DNA of 10,039 bases from Chlamydiota bacterium (GTDB lineage: Bacteria; Chlamydiota; Chlamydiia; Chlamydiales; SM23-39): the NCBI GenBank assembly GCA_039179045.1, contig JBCDEZ010000045.1:1-10039 (forward strand). The letters run 5' to 3'. Position numbers and translations under genes: made by a program. Under the pieces are notes generated by a model, which had not been told where the DNA came from, searched no databases, and saw nothing but the letters and a program-made list of their open reading frames with translations. Shown piece after piece: positions 6,011 to 10,039 of this stretch. Position 1 is the first letter of the stretch; each line of letters opens with the position of its first letter.

Positions 6011-8218
6011 ATGAAGCGCTCCTCGAAAAAAAGAGCTCCTCCTCGCCACGAATTGCGGGGTACATGTCTCCTGCTATTTTCAGGATTTTTGGCTCTTTCT
6101 CTCCTCACATACATCGATCAGATGCCCTCCTGCAACCTGCTCGGTTATCTTGGCTATAGCGTAGCTTTTTGCTTCTTATACCTTTTCGGCATTGGTAGCT
6201 ATTTTCTGCTTGTAGCCCTCGGATATGCAGGCTACCAATACCTTAAAACGGGAAGAGCTTATACGGAAAAATCGTACGCATGCCTCGGAGGATTGCTCCT
6301 TTCTACCGGATTTCTTGCTACCATTGCTGCCGACATGCTTTCCCCCTTGCCTTCTTTGATCACTTCGAAGATCTACTGCGTAGTGCCGGCGGAGGGAAGA
6401 GGATTGCCGAGGTATTATCTAGGCGGCGCTCCTTCTTACTACTTCTACAAAGATCTTCCCGTTATGAACTTAGAAGAGTTCTTGCGCCCTTCGGGCGCCC
6501 TTTTGATCTTCAGCGCTCTTTTTGCTCTTTGTTTGATGCTTCTAACCCAGACCTCGATAGGAGAGGTAATGCGCTTTTTTTCTTTCTGTATCCGGAAAAT
6601 CTTTTCTTGCTGCCGCCGCGCTTTTTGGGGAGAGAGTAAACGCTCTCATCGCCTCAGAAAAGAGCCTCGCCGTACTAAGGTCCTTCGTGCTTCTCTTTTT
6701 CAGAAAAAAGAGAAAAAGAGCAACAATCAAACGTGCTCTTTGCCTCTCCCTAAAAAAGAGGTAGCCAAACGTTCTTTGCGCCGCCTCCGCAGCTATGAGA
6801 TTCCCGCTTCCCATCTACTTACTTTGCCCCCATTTGTCGATCCCTCCTCCTTGAAAAGGGGACTTGCCAAGCAGGCACGTATCTTAGAGAAAACCCTGCA
6901 AAACTTCCAGATCGAAGCGAGGGTAGGAGAGATCCACTGCGGCCCTACCATCACCTTATTTGAGGTAGAGCCTCCTGTGGGGGTGAAGGTGCAAAAGATC
7001 CAAGCTCTTGAAAAGGACATCGCTCTTAGTATGGAAGCCAAGTCGATCCGCATTCTTGCACCCATCCCGGGCAAGGCTGTTGTGGGGATCGAAGTGCCCT
7101 CTTCGATGCCTCAAGAGGTAAGCTTTCGGGAGATGCTGGAATACTACCAAAGGCAAAAACGAAAGTACTATATACCTGTTCTCCTCGGAAAAACCGTTAC
7201 AGGGGAATACGTGAGCGCCGACCTGACCAAAATGCCCCACTGTCTCATCGCAGGAGCCACAGGTTCGGGGAAATCTGTCTGCATCAACACGATCGTCATG
7301 TCTATTTTGATGAACGCTTCTCCCGAAGTAGTTCGACTCTTGATGATCGATCCGAAAAAAGTGGAGCTCAGCCAGTATTCCCAGCTACCCCATATGATTG
7401 CACCTGTCATCTCAGAGCCACATGGAGCGCACGCAGCTCTCCAATGGCTGGTCAAAGAGATGCAGAGGCGCTACGATATCTTGAAACAGCTGAAGCTGCG
7501 CAATATTCACGCGTTCAACAAGCGTCCTCAAGCGCGGCAATTCGAGGAAACGCTTCCGATTCCTGTGCCCGAGACGATGCCCTTTATTGTGGGAATTATC
7601 GATGAGTTTGCCGATCTGATGATGGTCTCAGGAGCAGATCTAGAGACTCCCATTGCTAGGATCGCACAGATGGCAAGAGCGGTCGGCATTCATCTGATTA
7701 TTGCAACGCAGCGCCCCTCGCGCGAGGTAATTACAGGCATCATCAAGGCAAACTTCCCCACAAGAATCGCGCTTAAGGTCTCTAACCGCGTGAATTCACA
7801 GATCATACTCGATGATACGGGAGCAGATAGCCTTCTTGGAAACGGAGATCTTCTTTTCACGGGAACCGCGCAACTTATCCGAGCGCAGGGAGCGTATGTA
7901 TCTGATCAAGATATTTATCGCGTGATCGAATCGATCGCAGAGCAAGCTCCTCCCCGGTACTTAATCGAATCGTTTGATGCGATGAAACAAGAAGAGGCTG
8001 GGAAGAAGGGAGGGGGGGATGCCCTCTACGAAAAGGCGCTAGAAGTGGTCCTCACCTCCCGCTCCGCATCGACCACGTTCTTGCAAAGGAAACTCAAAAT
8101 CGGATACGCACGCGCAGCATCTTTGATGGATGAACTCGAAGAGCAAGGGATTGTAGGGCCGCAAGAAGGAGCAAAGCCGCGGAAGGTGCTCCGCTCTGGG
8201 GCGGAGCTCTCCTCATGA
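6011..8218 (+). CDS. ftsK: DNA translocase FtsK (735 aa)
   Basis: N-terminal TM helices; alpha domain (GPTITLFEVEPPVGVKVQKI, RILAPIPGKAVVGIEVP); Walker A AGATGSGKS; MIDPKKVELS; Walker B IIDEFADLMM; ATQRPS; gamma domain STTFLQRKLKIGYARAASLMDELEEQGIVGP. Confidence 0.97.
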   Translation: MKRSSKKRAPPRHELRGTCLLLFSGFLALSLLTYIDQMPSCNLLGYLGYSVAFCFLYLFGIGSYFLLVALGYAGYQYLKTGRAYTEKSYACLGGLLLSTGFLATIAADMLSPLPSLITSKIYCVVPAEGRGLPRYYLGGAPSYYFYKDLPVMNLEEFLRPSGALLIFSALFALCLMLLTQTSIGEVMRFFSFCIRKIFSCCRRAFWGESKRSHRLRKEPRRTKVLRASLFQKKEKKSNNQTCSLPLPKKEVAKRSLRRLRSYEIPASHLLTLPPFVDPSSLKRGLAKQARILEKTLQNFQIEARVGEIHCGPTITLFEVEPPVGVKVQKIQALEKDIALSMEAKSIRILAPIPGKAVVGIEVPSSMPQEVSFREMLEYYQRQKRKYYIPVLLGKTVTGEYVSADLTKMPHCLIAGATGSGKSVCINTIVMSILMNASPEVVRLLMIDPKKVELSQYSQLPHMIAPVISEPHGAHAALQWLVKEMQRRYDILKQLKLRNIHAFNKRPQARQFEETLPIPVPETMPFIVGIIDEFADLMMVSGADLETPIARIAQMARAVGIHLIIATQRPSREVITGIIKANFPTRIALKVSNRVNSQIILDDTGADSLLGNGDLLFTGTAQLIRAQGAYVSDQDIYRVIESIAEQAPPRYLIESFDAMKQEEAGKKGGGDALYEKALEVVLTSRSASTTFLQRKLKIGYARAASLMDELEEQGIVGPQEGAKPRKVLRSGAELSS

Positions 8219-8408
8219 AGCAGAGGTCTTACGCCGTGCCTTCAGTCAGGACTCCATCGCATGGGAGTGAAGAGTATGTGCTTTTCGGAGGAAATTTCAA
8301 GGTTCCCCCCACTAACGGAGATCAAGCTCTCTTTGAGTTTTTGTAAGAGTGCTAAGGTAGGCCTGTAGCTACGCGCATATTAAAAAGAGAAAAATCGCAT
8401 TGTATACC

Positions 8409-8631
8409 TTGATTCGGGCTTTTGTAACCCGCATTCCTCATCCTTTCTTGTGGTCCTATGTTTTCAGATCCATCCAGAGAAGTAAAGATTGATGCTCTTT
8501 CCTATCAGATAAAAGGGGAAAAGACTACGGAATTAGGATATTATGGGCAAGCGGCACATGACTTTGGAAAAGCCATTGAACTCAACCCTATGAATCCATC
8601 TGATTCGTTGATCTCTAAGAGAGCTCCCTAA
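8409..8631 (+). pseudogene. Secreted TPR-repeat protein, 5' remnant (frameshifted, truncated by IS)
   Basis: 8494-8595 encodes ALSYQIKGEKTTELGYYGQAAHDFGKAIELNPMN, a 34-aa TPR (Y4, G8, G15, Y17, A20, F24, A27, P32). Removing one C from CCC 8428-8430 links TTG 8409 in frame to give the signal-peptide-like MIRAFVTAFLILSCGPMFS. The frame runs into transposase-like sequence and stops at TAA 8629-8631. Confidence 0.7.
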
Positions 8632-9027
8632 TTGAGAGGCCTGAGCTATCAAAGCGAAGACCACAAGGAATCATCCTTGATGCTACAGGGATCAACGTTG
8701 CGGGTGAAGGCGAATGGAAAGTCAAAATCCACGAAAAAGCAAAACGCAGAAAGTGGAGGAAAGTACAGATTGCAGTTAACGCGAAGACTCAGGAGATCAT
8801 GGGTCTAGAAATCACCGATGGTCATACTGCGGACTGTTCCATAGGAGAAAAACTCATCAATCGTTGTCCTAAGGGAGCCTAAGGAGTACTTGGCAGAGGG
8901 AGGCTACGATACGATTGGCTGTAGAAAAGCAATCGAGGAGCAAAGGTGTTCATCCGAAAAACGCTACATAGAGACCTGGAATGAACGAAAGAAATCAAGC
9001 CATATGAGAGCGAAGGGGGTTTTGGCC
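8596..9027 (+). mobile_element. IS5-family (IS903 group) internal transposase remnant, degraded, no terminal IRs seen
   Basis: PSDSLISKRA, then from 8640 PELSKRRPQGIILDATGINVAGEGEWKVKIHEKAKRRKWRKVQIAVNAKTQEIMGLEITDGHTAD (IS903 DSTG...GEGEWKVK.H motif). TAA at 8880-8882, then a frameshift to LAEGGYDTIGC. 8907-9027 is a diverged copy of 1-134. Confidence 0.9.
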
Positions 9028-9908
9028 GTCATTAACAGAATGCTTACAAATAAGAGCTGTCAATCCATCGATTAACCATGTATATCCAACACTTTCTTTG
9101 AATTGTAATGCATTTTTCTCCAGGTCAAAAGTAGTTTCAGAGAATTCAACCTTCATGAGCGGGCGTATCATGAACCTAGCAATATCGTACAATAAGCACC
9201 CTGCACTGCATTGTAAATGCTGCTCGGGCAAAGGGCAGGGACTGTAGAGGTCCTGGAGAGTAATCGCCTTCCATAAGAGAATAAAACCGTTTTTTTTTGG
9301 TCTTGATCATCCTTCTGTTTCTTGCTAATTTCCTTAATGTAGTTGAGTAGTGGAAGGAAGAAAATACGGGAATTGTTTACAAGAACTTGGATCATTATCT
9401 TTACATTTTCCTCTGAAACTAGAGGAGTATAGTTTGGAATTCGGCCCCCATAGGGTTTCTTTCCCTCCTCTTTGGCAAAGTTTAGGAACTCCTTCGTTAA
9501 ACTCTCAACTTCTCTTTTAATGTCCTCTTTCAGGTGTAATGATGAAATGGAAAAAATGTCTGGGAGTTTGTATGTTTGAGATGCCTCACCTAAACTTTCA
9601 ACTTTCTTTGCACCGCCCCTTTCCGGTTGCAATGATTGAGATGCCTCACCTAAACTTTCAACTTTCTTTGCACCGCCCCTTTCCGGTTGCAATGATTGAG
9701 ATGCCTCACCTGAAAACAAGGAAGCAATGCAAGAAAAAACGATCCCCATCCCAATAAAGGTGACGCTTGTTAGGGGAACACAAGAAAAGGAAGCGGTACA
9801 AATGGTTTGCAGCCATGCTGTATCGCTAAAAGAAACCTGCAAAACGCGCACTGCTAGGTAAGTGATCCAAGCGTAACGTGTAGTGGCTGATCCTATATGG
9901 AGCTCCAA
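8995..9908 (-). pseudogene. Orphan membrane (Inc-like) protein gene split by an A9 frameshift; 5' end in an inverted repeat, 3' end abutting the IS
   Basis: ORF 9908-9168 (246 aa) has a hydrophobic N-terminal region and a 20-aa repeat. The -1 frame is open from the A9 run (T9 at 9290-9298) to 8995 (KKNGFILLWKAITLQDLYSPCPLPEQHLQCSAGCLLYDIARFMIRPLMKVEF...). The last ~10 codons are antisense IS sequence. Confidence 0.6.
9576..9711. repeat. Perfect 60-bp tandem repeat, ~2.3 copies (20-aa unit GEASQSLQPERGGAKKVESL on the minus strand)
   Basis: TTGAGATGCCTCACCTAAACTTTCAACTTTCTTTGCACCGCCCCTTTCCGGTTGCAATGA at 9576-9635 and 9636-9695, plus 16 nt at 9696-9711. Confidence 0.97.
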
Positions 9909-10039
9909 AAATTTTTGATTATCTATACGATGCGGAGGAAAAAAGCATTTTAGCAGAAGAAAATGTCATCTCCTCTTTTTTATCTAATGTCGGATCAGCC
10001 ACTACACGTTACGCTTGGATCACTTACCTAGCAGTGCGC
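9846..10039. repeat. Perfect inverted repeat: arms 9846-9893 and 9992-10039 (>=48 bp, right arm cut by window edge), 98-bp spacer
   Basis: GCGCACTGCTAGGTAAGTGATCCAAGCGTAACGTGTAGTGGCTGATCC is the exact reverse complement of the last 48 nt of the window. Confidence 0.97.

Noticed and set aside
2221..7455. Numerous overlapping or antisense ORFs in the track (e.g. 2694-3224, 3522-3992, 4470-5033, 5656-6114, 6280-6639)
   Set aside because: Shadow ORFs of well-supported genes, with no motifs or translation signals.
8323..8355. CIRCE-like element: perfect right half GAGTGCTAA at 8347-8355 with a partial left half CAAGCTCTC
   Set aside because: The spacer is 15 nt instead of 9 and the left half matches only 6/9. 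It precedes a pseudogene, not a chaperone.
9028..9092. VINRML peptide and ...ATCCAACAC as a transposase C-terminus and degenerate right IR
   Set aside because: No nucleotide similarity to copy 1's 3' end; better explained as antisense of the minus-strand orphan gene's -1 frame.
9233..9240. KOPS-like GGGCAGGG (also GGGGAGGG at 4270-4277) on the + strand near ftsK
   Set aside because: Two 8-mers in 10 kb are uninformative, and the KOPS motif of this lineage is not known to me.
9576..9711. Repeat as a CRISPR array
   Set aside because: The units are contiguous 60-mers with no unique spacers, in frame within a gene, and there are no cas genes.

Overview
Chromosomal segment of a Chlamydiae-type bacterium, inferred from a UPF0158/CT429-like gene, a fused 2-oxoacid dehydrogenase E1 alpha/beta and the FtsK sequence; probably an environmental lineage. 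An intact core block (hsp20, UPF0158 protein, fused E1, ftsK; 2108-8218) is flanked by decaying accessory DNA. That DNA holds two degraded IS5-family (IS903-group) remnants in direct orientation, a frameshifted IS1634-family (DUF4277-like) transposase 5' fragment, a frameshifted and IS-truncated secreted TPR gene, and two orphan Inc-like membrane proteins. The right-hand orphan gene carries a perfect 60-bp tandem repeat and an A9 frameshift. Its 5' end lies in a perfect >=48-bp inverted repeat that runs off the window edge. Most notable: that fold-back/invertible structure, the slippage-rescuable A9 frameshift, a candidate RNA thermometer in the hsp20 leader, and an AT-hook in the UPF0158 protein. 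No clear-cut novel multi-gene system, CRISPR array, rRNA or tRNA was found.
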